Of a stretch of DNA of 64,000 nt, positions 1-12,705 are shown piece by piece. The stretch is from Nitrospirota bacterium (GTDB lineage Bacteria > Nitrospirota > UBA9217). Position 1 is the first letter of the stretch; the number at the start of each line of letters is the position of its first letter. The position numbers were made by a program, and so were the translations under genes. The notes beneath the pieces are model-generated. The model had not been told where the DNA came from. It did no database searches and saw only the letters and a list, made by a program, of their open reading frames with translations. The DNA is taken from assembly GCA_963818475.1 (NCBI GenBank), contig CAWFSF010000006.1:32001-96000 (forward strand), given 5' to 3'.

Positions 1-555
1 ACGTTTCTTTTAAGCCTCGATCTCCAGTATACCAGGGATTTTTCACCGGAACACGCCGGGCTGATCCTGATCGTCCAGCCCGCGGTGATGGCGCTTGTCT
101 CACCTGTTGCCGGGCGGCTGTCTGACAGGATTGACCCTCAGATCGTTGCATCGGGTGGAATGGCGTTTTCCGCGACCGGGCTTTTCCTGCTCGTCTTTTT
201 AGTTGAATCGACACCGTTATGGTACCTGGTCATCTGCCTGGTCGTGCTTGGCATTGGTCTTGGGATGTTCGCTTCACCGAATACCAATGCGATCATGAGC
301 TCAGTTGAAAAACGGTATTACGGGGTTGCATCGGGTATGAACGGGACGATGAGGCTCCTTGGCCAGATGCTTTCGATGGGGATTGCCATGATGCTTTTTG
401 CACTCATCATCGGTCGCGTCGAGATCACTCCTGAATACTTCCCGCAGTTTGTATCAAGCATGCATTACACGTTCATTCTCTTTATGGTCCTCTGTATTAT
501 CGGGATTGCTGCCTCGCTGAAACGGGGAAAGCGGCAGCAGATCAGTGAAAAATAA
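1..555 (+). CDS. MFS transporter (DHA2/EmrB-like), C-terminal part
   Basis: GRLSDRI motif, many hydrophobic helices, ASG...RLLG motif; the 5' end lies outside the window. Confidence 0.85.
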   Translation, partial: TFLLSLDLQYTRDFSPEHAGLILIVQPAVMALVSPVAGRLSDRIDPQIVASGGMAFSATGLFLLVFLVESTPLWYLVICLVVLGIGLGMFASPNTNAIMSSVEKRYYGVASGMNGTMRLLGQMLSMGIAMMLFALIIGRVEITPEYFPQFVSSMHYTFILFMVLCIIGIAASLKRGKRQQISEK

Positions 556-840
556 TCAATATTTTTAGATAAAATGTGGTTGGGGACCTGTTCCCTCAGA
601 ACTTTAAAAAAACGATGAACCCCGCCGCCCCCGAAAGGAAGCCCCCGCGGCGGATCAGTACTGAAAATCCAGTACCTGGAGAATTCCAAAATACCTCATT
701 TCCCGTTGCGCCTGAACAGAGGTCCTGAGGCGGGGTCCTCGCAGAAAAAACCGATCAGATGTGAATTTTGTCAGAGCGTTTCACCAGAGCAATAATCTCT
801 TCTTTTTTGTGCCTTAAGCGGAGGTGTTATCCCGTTGTTC

Positions 841-1633
841 CTATCTGACGGTCTCTGCCTTCATGGACGTAAAGAGCCGCCCCTCACCCGCGATCCATCC
901 CCGGGTATTGTCCACGTTTTCAATAACCACCGTATCCGAGTAGCCGTGACTGGTCCACCCGCCTCTCCAGGCCGAGTTGGTCCCGGAGATACTGACACGG
1001 AGTGATAACGATACCGGGTGTTCTGCGGTATACCAGATGTATACCGGTACCGGGTGGTCATACACCCGTCCTGCACAGGGGAGGGTACAGGATCCCGGAG
1101 TGAATATACCGTCCGGGAAAAAGAGCGGTTCACGGCCGTAGGGGTAGCTTGTGTTGATTTCCCTGTCAACCTGTTCCATGACGGCGATCGTTACGGGGAC
1201 TAGGATGGGGGTATCAGCCGAATATTCACGCCCGGGGACAAGGGTTGTCGGCAGGACACTCGTTCCGGGCTCGATCGCGATCGGGTACCCGTGGTATTCC
1301 GGGACCATCCGGGCGGCTGTTATTGCGAGCATGGGGGTCGTGTTCTTCCTGACAAGAGAACAGTTCCAGTCCGAAGAAATGCCATACGCCGTTTTGTTCA
1401 GGATGGAGCCCATGAAAAACGGGGTATGGTTCAGTTCGGGGACCGGGAGAAAGAAGGTCACGTCCTGGAGCGAGGTATTGTACGAGAGCTCGATGAGATA
1501 GTGAATAATCGTGGCGCTCGCTCCGGGCGGCTGCCTGGTCGAACTGGTATGAAGTCCAGGCAAAAATCGATACAACTGCAAGAACCACGACAAGGATGAC
1601 GATTGTCCGGAACCTGATGGGGGGGAGGGTCAT
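841..1633 (-). CDS. hypothetical exported protein (frameshifted near N-terminus)
   Basis: ORF 841..1593 plus a hydrophobic N-terminus (IVILVVVLAVVSIFAW) in the overlapping frame. Confidence 0.5.
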
Positions 1634-1698
1634 GTTCAATAGTTTCTTTGGTCTTTTAAGTTCCCTGCGCGGGAAACACGCATTTGTTGACCGAAGGA

Positions 1699-2382
1699 TC
1701 ATATATCGACCCGGGATACCTGTTCACGGCAGTACTGGACATTGTCAACAGCTGAAGAGGTGGTTTTTGCTGCCTCCCTCCTGCAGATTTCTCCTGATAA
1801 CGATGCGAAATCCTTCAGGAGCTGTCTGTCAATATAGATGCCATTGAAATAGCAATTCGGGTTATCGAGCTGGAGTGATTTTGCCGTATCCGAGCACTTA
1901 TAGATCTCATCATTGTGGGTGATCTCGAGTGCCGTCCTTGCGACATCCGCACATGAACCATACATCCCGTACCGTGCCTGCAATGCAGAGACATTCACCA
2001 TGCCAGTATCACCAAAGGTTTGTGTTGCAGGAGGATTTGTGGCAGAGGAAGCCGCACCCCTCGTTAATAACCCGGGCGCGCCGGCAATAAGTAAAAATAA
2101 CAACCCCAGTATGCATACCGGGACGAGGACTTCTGCTGATTTTCTCCAGTCATCATCTTCGGGTGAACGGAGTTTCTGATACACGAACAAGGGAAGGATG
2201 ATGAAAATAACCAGCAATGCATTATGGTAGAGATAGGTCAGGTTCTCTCCGATGAGCTGGGGTTTGTTGGAAATAAAGGGAAAGATGATATTGAAAAAAA
2301 TTAAAAAACCTGCGACAAACAGCGTAAAACAGAGTATACACTTTGCAAAAAACCGGCGGGTTTCTGTTGAAAATAAAGCCAT
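1699..2382 (-). CDS. hypothetical membrane protein
   Basis: 227 aa, three TM segments, Cys-containing C-terminal domain. Confidence 0.6.
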   Translation of the reverse strand: MALFSTETRRFFAKCILCFTLFVAGFLIFFNIIFPFISNKPQLIGENLTYLYHNALLVIFIILPLFVYQKLRSPEDDDWRKSAEVLVPVCILGLLFLLIAGAPGLLTRGAASSATNPPATQTFGDTGMVNVSALQARYGMYGSCADVARTALEITHNDEIYKCSDTAKSLQLDNPNCYFNGIYIDRQLLKDFASLSGEICRREAAKTTSSAVDNVQYCREQVSRVDI

Positions 2383-2564
2383 ATATATTTCTATTTTAGT
2401 TATTCATTGACGTTATAGATATTCTTTTCATTCCGGAACCTCTGGCAGGAATTTCATAGATTGACGCTATTTTTCAACGAATACTACAAAAAGATAAAAC
2501 CCTTTTTTGCAGATGCCCGGGGAAACCTGTCTCCCCATGTGTAACATAAAAATTCCCTGAAATC

Positions 2565-2951
2565 TTAATCCGGCCGTGAATACCACACTATTCCGTACTG
2601 GTCTTTATGTTCACGAAGTGTCCCTTTTCTTACGCATTTTTTTAAGTATCTCCTGAACATTGCCATCTGGATATCCCCGATTGTCCACGGGATTTTGCCC
2701 GGACTGAATTTTCCTTTGAATTTTTTGAGATATCCCTCCAGTTTCTGTTCCATTCTTCTTTCCGAATTATCCGTAATTGTTCTGGGCCGTACCGGGTTAC
2801 TGGCAGTGGTTCTGAATTCGCGTATATCAGAACCACTCCTGGTGTTCTTCTCCTCCTTCCAGATGTTTCCGCATCGTTTACAATGAAGGGTATTCAGGAG
2901 ACAATACACGTCTTCACTGGAACAGACCGGACAACCTGCCTGAGTCGCCAT
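2565..2951 (-). CDS. hypothetical protein with N-terminal Zn ribbon
   Basis: CPVC...CKRC motifs, AGGTGA RBS upstream. Confidence 0.65.
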   Translation of the reverse strand: MATQAGCPVCSSEDVYCLLNTLHCKRCGNIWKEEKNTRSGSDIREFRTTASNPVRPRTITDNSERRMEQKLEGYLKKFKGKFSPGKIPWTIGDIQMAMFRRYLKKCVRKGTLREHKDQYGIVWYSRPD

Positions 2952-3261
2952 TTCTTCACCTTGCCAGAACTACAAGGAATGAATTACCGTACGGGAACCT
3001 TTTGCATTAATCTAGGGAGTACATGGAAATGCGTTTCTGGATATTTATAATCTTTTATTTAGTAATAGTCTGTTTTTATAAAACTGTATCCCTGCAGCCG
3101 TTGCATCCGGTAGGGAGCGGATGCAAGGATGAGAGTTGAGGACGATGCAGGAAAGAAAGGTCATACCCTCCGCAATTATCCGTATTTCGTTTTCTGGCAG
3201 GATTGAATGCTCCTTTGCAGGGGTTTTTTAAAAAATAAGGAATAATAATGGTATAACGCCA

Positions 3262-3924
3262 GTGACAATTTCGTGGTCTGCGGGAGAATTGTATCGATGC
3301 TGGATAAACATACGGAGAAGAAAAAGCCAGCCGGAGATGAGGACGAAGCAGCACCGGCTCAAAAATCCTGTCCGGCCGCACATAATGCAGGAAAAGGAAC
3401 CCGAACCGGTAAAATCCCTTCCGGATGAGTCTGAGATACCCGAAGATGAGATCATCGGACTGCCGGAAGAATGGATTGTTGGAAGAGACAGCCCGCGTGA
3501 AATCCTTTCAGAAAAACCCGCAGATCCCCCCATGGTGCCCCGGCCAAAAATCCTGTCGGCAGTGAAAGGTGCAATGAAGGATGCGCATCTGCCAAAACCG
3601 GATTTCCCGAAACCTGTCAGGCGTCCGCAAATCCTTCCGGATCCCGTTCCCGCTGAGCAATCCGTACAGACTGATACCCGGAATCCGGCTCCTCCCTTCA
3701 TTATCGAGGAACCCCCCGTTACACCTGAAGTACCCCCTGCGATCGAAGAAATTCCCCCTTTTTGCAAAAACTGCGGAAAAAAAGTACCTCCTGTTGCGAA
3801 TTTCTGCCCTGCGTGCGGTATCTCTCTTGCTTCTTTGCAACAGGTTCAGAACAGACCTGTCGAACGAAAAACAACACCCGCAGAACTGCCCGTCAGCAGG
3901 AAGAAAGGCACGTATCGGAAATGA
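3262..3924 (+). CDS. Pro-rich zinc-ribbon domain protein (start uncertain)
   Basis: FCKNCG...FCPACG zinc ribbon after a Pro/Glu-rich linker. Confidence 0.6.
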   Translation: MTISWSAGELYRCWINIRRRKSQPEMRTKQHRLKNPVRPHIMQEKEPEPVKSLPDESEIPEDEIIGLPEEWIVGRDSPREILSEKPADPPMVPRPKILSAVKGAMKDAHLPKPDFPKPVRRPQILPDPVPAEQSVQTDTRNPAPPFIIEEPPVTPEVPPAIEEIPPFCKNCGKKVPPVANFCPACGISLASLQQVQNRPVERKTTPAELPVSRKKGTYRK

Positions 3925-3980
3925 AGAGATCATAACCCCGGCACAAAGCACAAGAATACGGAACAGTACAACATCTTTGT

Positions 3981-4371
3981 ATGCAGCAGTGGATTAAAGA
4001 TATGGCAGGCCTTGGTACGGGTCTCTGGCTGATCGGGTATATCGCATCGCTTGCTGTTGTTCTTCACGCCCATATGGGAAATCATGGGCGGCTGGATCCT
4101 CCTTATTATTTTTACCCCAATCACGATTGCGATTACCTGGTGGTGGTTTAAACAGCAGGAGCCGCTTCCTCTCCCGTACTACGCGAAGGTCGGGATAGCG
4201 TGGATGGTAATTGCCGTCGTGCTTGATTACCTGTTCATTGTCCGGCTGTTCCAGGCAACCTACTACGGTACTGATGTGTTTGTGTACTATGCCGTGACCT
4301 TCCTCATCCCGGTTGTCATCGGGCTTTACCTGCACCGTGCGAAGGGCGGACTGGTCCTGGAGCAGGAATAA
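3981..4371 (+). CDS. small hypothetical membrane protein
   Basis: ATG at 3981 (MQQWIKDMAGLG) joins ORF 4051..4371 across one frameshift; about 4 TM segments. Confidence 0.6.
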
Positions 4372-4643
4372 TTCTCAATCCGGCTCAGGCAGATAAAACC
4401 CGGAAGATCTTTTTTTACAATTACCTGTATGCAAGGCACCCGCTGCCATGGGTTGCATGGCATCCTCACTCCCTGCAGGTGTGATCCCTGGAAAAAAAGC
4501 CACAGAACCCCGTAACAATGCCTGTTTTGCAAGGCAACAGCGCCTCGCCAGCCTTTATTATTTCATGTGAAAAGGTATTGTTGGCTTAAGCCGGGTATGC
4601 CAGAACCTGATCAGGAAGTGTACAAAAGGGGGAAAAACGGACC

Positions 4644-4841
4644 ATGAAAAAATTGTTAGTATTCTTCATGATTATGATCATGGGCGCAATAGTGTACGTG
4701 ATGTCGTTTGTTACGGATGCGACACCCTCGTCCCAGACGATCTCATCCACCATTATGCCGCTTGTCATAATTTATGGATTTTTTGGAATTCTTCTCCTGG
4801 TAATCGGTAAAAAAGGACATGACTACATCCTGTCCCGCTGA
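4644..4841 (+). CDS. small two-TM hypothetical protein
   Basis: 65 aa ORF with two hydrophobic stretches. Confidence 0.5.
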   Translation: MKKLLVFFMIMIMGAIVYVMSFVTDATPSSQTISSTIMPLVIIYGFFGILLLVIGKKGHDYILSR

Positions 4842-5715
4842 TTTTTAGACAGGGAGAAAGAAAAAGAGGACTCTTTTTTTTGCACAACTGGAAAGACCGG
4901 AGGTTTTGTGAAAAAATGCGATGAAGGGAACCATAACCGGCCGCAGATCTACAAAGCCGAACCGTGCGGATCCTCGCGGGCATGACGAAAAATCCATATT
5001 GTTCAGCCGCCTTTGGGTATTCTTCTGAATTATTCGGTTTTACTCTTAAGAAAAGTGATTTTTTACGACAATGATATTTTCACACGAAGTCCGCTTTCGG
5101 GTGCGTTCATTCCTTGCTGTATTGACGAGATCCAGGAACTGCTCCTTCTCACTCTCCCGCAACGCATATTCTCCCGGGTCACAGCAGTCCCGGCACGACT
5201 CCATGAACTGCGGGATAAACTGTATCCTAGTCTGCCCTCCGGTCTGCCAGTGGGCTATCGTACAGCGGGGACAGGGCTTCATGGTATGGTCTTTCGTACA
5301 CCTTGCATGAGGCTGCAGGAAATAAAAATTTTCGTACTGTGTTTAAAATAAAATACCTTCACTATCACGGATTTGGGTTTTTTTTAAACAGACAGATCCC
5401 GAATTCGCTACCCCAAACCATTGAATTCCGGCTGTATGTATATAAACAAAATATCCTGCCAATCCCTGTATGTGCCTGACCATTGAACGGGCTGTTGAGG
5501 ATTCATTGGATAACGGGTCAGGAAATCCATTGTTGTCTGGTGAGGAAAAAAGGCCAGACTGCATTGCATGGGAGCCTTGCCAGACTTTATTATTCCATGA
5601 GATGAGGCAAAAGGAGAGAGGCGATGGAATTATTTTTAAAAATATCACGGTTTTCGTAATGGTGATACCGATACATCCCTAAAGGAACTTTTCCCTGAAA
5701 AGGAGTGACAACCCC

Positions 5716-6390
5716 ATGAAAAGTATCGTGGTCCGTACGCTTGTCATTATTGTCCTATCTGTCCTTGTTACCGGGTGTGTAACTCCGTCACCCCCTCATA
5801 ATGACGAAGGCGGGAACGTAACTTTCAGCCCATTCAGTGTCCCTCCTGCGAATGTTACCAGAGGACCATTGAAAATATCCAATGGCGGGTGGACTGGTGA
5901 ATATCCCGTATCTGTGGATAATATGAGTGTCGGTGTTGTATCGGCAAAAAACCCATTAACGCTGATGATCGAAGAAGGGAGCCATGTCGTTGAAGTCTGT
6001 TGCGGCAGGATTTGTGAACGTGAGAATGTGATGGTCTCGTTTGGAAAACAACAGACGGTTGACCTGTCAGAACAATTAAAAGAGGATCTGGAATTTTCAG
6101 AACCTGCAATGAGAATAGTCGGGTATTACCTGAGCGGAGACCGGATTACGGTTGCTGTTGAATTCATAAATCCCACTATGCATTCCCTCACCATGACCGG
6201 AGACGTCAGCTGCGGGTATTCTTATATCGATAGCAGGACATACAACAGATTTGGAAATTCTGCCCAGGGACGGGTATACGCTACGGTCAATGCCTGTGAC
6301 CGGGTAACGCAGATAGTGAACCTCAACCTGGCCACGGGTTCCAGTTACATGTACGATATGCCAACGATAAGCACGGTATCGGTAAAATAA
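5716..6390 (+). CDS. archaeal lipoprotein, PEGA-like domain
   Basis: signal peptide with lipobox VTGC, AGGAG RBS. Confidence 0.65.
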   Translation: MKSIVVRTLVIIVLSVLVTGCVTPSPPHNDEGGNVTFSPFSVPPANVTRGPLKISNGGWTGEYPVSVDNMSVGVVSAKNPLTLMIEEGSHVVEVCCGRICERENVMVSFGKQQTVDLSEQLKEDLEFSEPAMRIVGYYLSGDRITVAVEFINPTMHSLTMTGDVSCGYSYIDSRTYNRFGNSAQGRVYATVNACDRVTQIVNLNLATGSSYMYDMPTISTVSVK

Positions 6391-6723
6391 TTTTTTTGGT
6401 ATAGTCACATTTCAGCGACTGATTTCTTGTTTTAAGGGACGCCCCCCTTGCACCAGCCCTGCCCCCTTTGGGGCGGGGGCGCATGCGATTCATCTGTCGT
6501 CCTGATTCCTGGTTATACAACACCATCGCAACTGGGGTGCCATCGTGGAGAGGCGAAGCCCCTGGAGCGTCTTCGTTTTTGGTCCCTGAACAAGAACACT
6601 TTTTCGATCTGCAATTCTGGAACAGATGTTCTGACTATATGTCTCTCTCGTTATTTCCTTTACGAGTTGGTTGTTAAAATGGCACTATCCCTGATTTTTT
6701 TTAAAACGAAGTCCTGATCATGC

Positions 6724-7550
6724 TCAGTGAAGCGGTGCTTCCTGTTGCTGAAGCTCGCGAAGGATCCTCCGGATATGCCCTATGTTAATTGTTCTTGTCG
6801 TGAGCAGGCAGAGGTAATTGTCATGATAGGGAGCGATGATCATGTTGCCCTCCGGTATCTGGAGCGTCAGGTGAACAAACGGTCCCCAGGGGAGCAGGTG
6901 GGTAACGTTCTGTGCGGTCCCGAGCATCTTTTTTGCGATCTTAACCATGGCTTCACTATCTGCATCACCTATGGTCATGACATTCCGTTTACCGTCGAAT
7001 ACTGAAACGGCAACAATCCCGTTCAGGTTCTTGATCTGTGCAATGATATGCAAATCCGGTTCGTCGAGGACGACGGGTTGTGGTATAACCGGTTTTTCCT
7101 CAACAGGTTTTTCCTCCGGTAAACCCCGGCCGAATCAGGTGTTCTTGTGTCCCGGACTGGGCTCATTTCCGGTGTGTCTGCGGCGTGAGATGGTGGGTTT
7201 TGTGGGGCAGCAACAGGTCCGGGTTTTTCCGCTTCTTTCGGAGGTACTGGTTCCTGGTCTTCAATATTGCATAATTTCAGCGCAACGGAGAGCTCCTCAG
7301 GAGTGTACTTGCAGAGATCAAATTCTATAATGGGGTGCGAATTGAAATAATCAAGTGCAGACCGTCCTTTGAGCTCAATGGTGCCGTGTCTGAAATAATG
7401 GACAGAGCGGCTTTCCTTTTTTTATCAGGATATATCCTTCTCCATCCTGGATCACTACCCGGACAATCCCGACGAAGCGTACCGTGTGGGAACTGATCCA
7501 CGACGGTGGTGCCTGCATCCAGCCGAGACTTTTTCCTTCAGGTAATTCTA
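6724..7550 (-). CDS. Roadblock/LC7 domain protein with N-terminal extension (frameshifted)
   Basis: C-terminal ORF 6724..7053 has a Roadblock pattern (GIVAVSVF...INIGHIRR); upstream Pro-rich linker and N-domain lie in broken frames. Confidence 0.6.
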
Positions 7551-7898
7551 TCATAGGAGTGCCGCAATCTCTTCTTTGTTCTTTTTCATTTCCTGATTAA
7601 TCTGCCCGATATTTGCGGTGTTCTGTGCAATAATCAGGAAAAAAAACTCTTCTTTCAGGGGTGCGAGGAGGAGGAAATAGTCAGAAAATTCCATAAATAC
7701 CATAAAGACGGGGGAATTTGCGAAATCATCTGCCGTGGCTTTTGAACCCACCATAAGGGCAGAAACGGCTGTCCGGAACCTGTCGTCATAGTCGATACCC
7801 GATTTAATGCCCTCAATAATTTCCCCGTTCTGCCGTATGACCATGACTCCCCGGACATCGTGCAGGATAAGAAATTTATTCATGATTGTCTTGAGCAT
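7551..7898 (-). CDS. Roadblock/LC7 domain protein
   Basis: VRGVMVIRQNGEII...ANIGQI Roadblock pattern, 115 aa. Confidence 0.7.
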   Translation of the reverse strand: MLKTIMNKFLILHDVRGVMVIRQNGEIIEGIKSGIDYDDRFRTAVSALMVGSKATADDFANSPVFMVFMEFSDYFLLLAPLKEEFFFLIIAQNTANIGQINQEMKKNKEEIAALL

Positions 7899-8051
7899 GG
7901 GTATCTCCTTTCCTCATGGTGTGAATGATATCGTTTGTAAACCCGTTCATGAAATATCATGGATTTTTAACAGTATCGTAGTATCCCTGAAGGCATGTTG
8001 TTCCCGGCTGATAATCCCTGTAAGGGAATAATGGTGCCTCCCTCCGCCTGG

Positions 8052-8477
8052 TCATTCATTTTCTTCTTTAGCCAGGGTATCGAGGATTTTATAGGTATTG
8101 ATCATCCGGTTAAACGCGGTCTGGAGCTCGCCAATCTCATCATTGCTGAGCAGTTCAATTTCCGGGTTTTTCAGCTCTCCGGTGCTCATACTGGTGGCAA
8201 TTTCAGAAAGTTTTACAATCGGGCTGGTGATGCTGCTGGCGAGGAAAAAACTCCACATAACGACGACAGACAGGGTAACGAGCGTGAGGACAAAGATGCT
8301 GGGTGTCAGGCCGATACTCGTAACGATGCTGTCAGTCCCGCCCATGGAAACGATCCCGAGAAGCAGCATCGGGATCATGGAAACAAAGAGCATACTCACC
8401 ATGAGTTTATAGAAAATGGGGATCTGAAGTGAAAACCCCTTCTGTGAACGTTTTGTTTCGTTTTTTGTCGCAGACAT
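8052..8477 (-). CDS. small membrane protein with HAMP domain
   Basis: two TM helices then ITSPIVKL...DEIGELQTAFNRM. Confidence 0.8.
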   Translation of the reverse strand: MSATKNETKRSQKGFSLQIPIFYKLMVSMLFVSMIPMLLLGIVSMGGTDSIVTSIGLTPSIFVLTLVTLSVVVMWSFFLASSITSPIVKLSEIATSMSTGELKNPEIELLSNDEIGELQTAFNRMINTYKILDTLAKEENE

Positions 8478-8770
8478 ATATGATTATTAATCAATTTCAT
8501 TTAAATAAATTTCTCATACTTATAGTAATTGATTTTAAAAAAACAAATTAAATATCTTTAAAATGAAAAATTTTGGATATATATCTTTTTTATGCGGTTA
8601 CAGCCTATGGTTTATCGAAAAATCACTTTTTGGATTTGAGGGAGGTGCAAAAACGAAGGTAATCCCTGAAAAATCCAAAAGGGAGAACCGCAAAACGTGG
8701 TTTCATGACCGGGTTCATAGGGACACACAAGGGCTGAACAGTTTTCTTCGTAGGAAACGGGGGGACCAGG

Positions 8771-8971
8771 ATGAGATTCGGGATCTTATCGTCCATAACC
8801 TTTTCGGGTGCTGAAGTCCCCGGCTATGCACAGCGGCTCGGTGAGTATTACCGTATTCATGCAAAGCCTCATGAACGGACGGACAGGTTCATGGATCGAA
8901 TCGGATACGATATGCTCATATCAGAACTGTTTTCTTACCTTCCCTACTACCCTGGTGAGAATGTCCGGTGA
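8771..8971 (+). pseudogene. possible remnant of a nitrite/sulfite reductase-family C-terminus
   Basis: EYYRIHAKPHERTDRFMDRIG resembles the Y..E.A...ER..RF..RIG tail of this family; no Cys cluster motifs. Confidence 0.35.
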
Positions 8972-9085
8972 ACTGCCCGAAAATTTAATTTCATTCACCC
9001 TCCTCCCGCTTCTTTCTTTCAGAGGTCGCATAATTGTCTATTTACCCCCGGTAAAAAAACGCTGATTTAGTCTTTTTAACCACAA

Positions 9086-11294
9086 TTACCCTGAATTCCC
9101 ATCATTTTTACTTTCTGGAGAACCGGGGGAGCACTCGTTTTCCGCACACGTGAGAAGAGAAGGATAGTAGTTATTGACATACTCTTTGACCATACGGCGG
9201 GCTGAAAATACTGCGCTGGTACTTTTTATGGTTTCTTTCATCTTCTTTACCCAGCCATGGGGTATTCCGTCAATGGATGCAGAATAGTACAGCGGCACTA
9301 CTTCTTTTTCAAGCAGGGTATAGAGAGCATGCAGCATCAGCTGCATCCCGTGATCCGGGAGACGTCTCACCACCAAAAGCCCAGCCATTACTGCCATTAT
9401 ATCCTTCAATCCACCACCCGTCAAGAATGCTCAGGTTGAGTACACCGTTTAACGAAGCCTTCATGCCACTTGTCCCGCAGGCCTCCATCGGGGGTACAGG
9501 ATTGTTCATCCAGACATCCACGCCATGAACCAGGTACTGGGCCATCTGTTCCCCATAATCTTCGACGAACCCTATCCTGCCACCGAAATCCGGTTGCTGG
9601 GCAAATTCATAAATCCGCTGAAGAATTAATTTTCCTTCATAATCGGCAGGATGCGCTTTTCCGGCAAAGATTATCTGCACAGGACGCCAGGGGTTATTCA
9701 GGATCCGACGGAGACGGGCCGGATCATGAAAAATGAGATCTGCCCGTTTGTAGGTGGAAAAACGGCGGGCAAACCCGATGGTGAGAACCGAGGGGTTGAG
9801 CATCAGGCCGTCTGCGACAAGGTTACTGGGTTCTTTTAAATGGGTCTCCCACTTGATCCGCTTTCTTTCCCGGATCCTGTTGAGGAGTTTTTGTTTCAGC
9901 CATATGATGTACTTCCCAGATCTCTTTATCCGGTATCTCATCAATCATCTGCCAGATCTCCGGGTTGTCATGGTTGATCTGCCAGTGGGGATCAGCGGAG
10001 TCAAAATATTTTGAATAGAGCACTTCCATCCGGGGATTCAGCCATGTCGGCATGTGAACACCATTGGTAATATGGTCAATGGGGATCTCCTCTTCGGGCA
10101 GGTCCGGCCACATACAGCGCCACATCCCGCGGGCAATCATGCCATGTTTTTTTGACACACCGTTATGGTATTCTGTTATCCGGAGTGCAAACGCGGTCAT
10201 GTTGAACCCGGTTCCTGCAGTCACAGGGATGGTGGCCGAGCTGGAAAAAGGTGTCCTGGTCGATGCCAAGCTGAGGATAATACCGGGAGAAATATTTGTC
10301 CATGAGATCCAAGGGGAAAATATCATTCCCGGCGGGAACCGGCGTATGGGTCGTAAAGACCGAAGTCCCTTTCACCTGCGCCAGGGCAGTCTTGAAGGTC
10401 ATCCCTTTTTCCACCCGTTCCCTGATCCGCTCCAGCTGGGCAAACGCCGGATGCCCTTCATTGAGATGCAGGGCTGAAAACTCTATTCCCAGATCACTGA
10501 GTACTTTCCGTCCCCCGATCCCGAGAACTATTTCCTGTTGCAGACGTTGTTCAGTCTTCTCTGTGTACAGGCGATGGGAGATGGTCCTGTGTTCAGGAAT
10601 GTTTGCAGGAATATCGGTATCAAGCAGATAGAGAGGTACCTTGCCCACATTCACCCTCCAGACGGCGACATAAACCGGGGGTTCAATGAAGGGGACCTGT
10701 ATCACCATCTGGTCTCCGGAATCATTCAGAACCCTTAAAATAGGTGCCGCATCGCGATCCAGCACTTCAGTGATATTATCCTGCCAGCCATCGGGACGAA
10801 TATGCTGGTGGAGGTATCCTTCCGAGTACATGAATCCCACGGCTACCAGCGGGAACACCCAGATCGCTGCATTCCTTTAAGTGGTCCCCGGCCAGGAACC
10901 CGAGGCCCCCTGCATAAAAGGGAAGTGAGTGGTGGAGACCGTACTCCGCAGAAAAATAGGCAATGGTAAGGGATCTGCGTTTTGGGTAATGTTCCGAAAA
11001 CCAGCCATTCCGGTTGGTCATGTACCGGGAAAAACGGTTCATAATGATATCATAACGACGGAGGTATTCCGGATTTGAAAGAAGACCGTCAAAAAATTCC
11101 GGGGGAATATCCTGAAGCATTTTAACGGGATTGTGGACACTTTTTTTCCATGCCTGCTGGTTGATCTGCTTAAAGAGTACCCTTGCTTCCGGATGCCAGC
11201 TCCACCAGAGATTGTATGCCAGATCGACGAGACCGGCCAGCCGTTCCGGAACATGGGGGAATTTTTCCGCCAGTCGGTCATAATGGTCGGCCAT
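9086..11294 (-). CDS. glgP: alpha-glucan (glycogen/maltodextrin) phosphorylase, several frameshifts
   Basis: AYNLWWSW, YFSAEYG, YAGGLG, HLNEGH, TNGVH, GFARRF, EACGTSGMK (PLP Lys) across consecutive ORFs. Confidence 0.95.
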
Positions 11295-11443
11295 GTGTGG
11301 TTACCTTCCTGATTTAAATGTGGGTATTGTCATGATTAATACTCTTGGGAGAATACAACAGGAGCAGGAAAACGGGAATCATCGCATGATAACATTCTAA
11401 TCTTCTGACATCCCATCAGGCGTGTGGGAAGGTGATATTATGT

Positions 11444-12705
11444 ATGAACACCGGCATCTGGGAGGACCTGTATCAATCCCTGCAAAAACCCCGGCTGGAT
11501 CCGGTAATTACCGGGTTCAATGCCAATATCGATCGGGTTATTCCGGCTGACACCCGGATATACTGGGATCCTTTGAGCAGCATGCCGTGAAGGGATTTGA
11601 TGCGATACTCCGACCGGCTGAAACAATCCATGAGGTACTGTTCTGCCGATGAGGTATTCATCAGCGAACCCGTCACGTCTACCGTGCACTTTCAGAATCT
11701 TTTTCCCGTTTCGGTACGCTCTCTGTGGGAGGCCAGGCAGGTATTGCTGCAGTTCACCTGCGCAGACTTGGTATCCCGTCAGTTACCTGTGCTGTACCCG
11801 GTGCCGGCCCACAGACCTGTGCTCTTCTGCAGGATGCCGGTGCCATTCCCCTGACATTTGAATCAGGATCGGGCGATCGTCCTGACATAATCCATCTGAT
11901 TTTCGAATACCCCCCGGGCCTGGTGCCGGTGGCTGATGGTGTTGTGCCACGGAGCAACCGGTTCATCGTGTCTCCTGTCCACGATTCATCCACGGTAATC
12001 ATCCCGATGGTTCATGAGAATTCTTTTCTGGAACAGATTGTCCTCCTGCCGGCGTGCATTTCTCTCGGGCTACCAGTATCTGCAAACGGAACAGGAATTT
12101 ATGACCGCAGCCAGGCAGATCCGGTATGATCCGCAGTGTTCATCCCCTTATGCGGACCCATGTGGAATGCGTCTCTGGTGCAGACCGTAATGTGATGGCG
12201 ATGATGCTCCGTCATATCTTTCCGAATACTGACAGCATCGGGCTCAATGAACGGGAACTGGGGTTGTTCATGCATGCGTTGCGGGCACCTGACCCGGCGT
12301 CAGCAGCCATACTGCCATCTTCTCCTGTTGCCTGCGTGCGTGATGCTATCGCCCTTGCAGATGCGACGGGTGTGCGCCGGATTCATCTCCATACGTTCGG
12401 GTATTATATTCTTATCCTGAAATCCGAAACTGTACAGCCGGAAGTATCCCGGAATGCCCTGCTCCTTGCCGCACGGGTGACTGCCGATGAAGCGGGATTG
12501 GGAGACGCAGGTCCTTTCACGGGAAGGTCTTTTAGCGTACGCTGCTGTCCGGGAAGTGTTTGGTCCGGATGAGACACCGGGGATTTTTACGGATGATGAA
12601 CGGGTGGTGGTGCTCATCCCCACGTACATTTCACGCAATATTCAGAAGACAACCGGGCTTGGCGACATTCTTTCATCCACCGCGTTTGTTGCAGACCGGT
12701 TCTGA
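11444..12705 (+). CDS. ADP-dependent glucokinase/phosphofructokinase (frameshifted)
   Basis: GFNANID, GGQAGI, HLIFEY, PRSNRFI, SIGLNE, HLHTFGYY, TTGLGD motifs. Confidence 0.85.
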
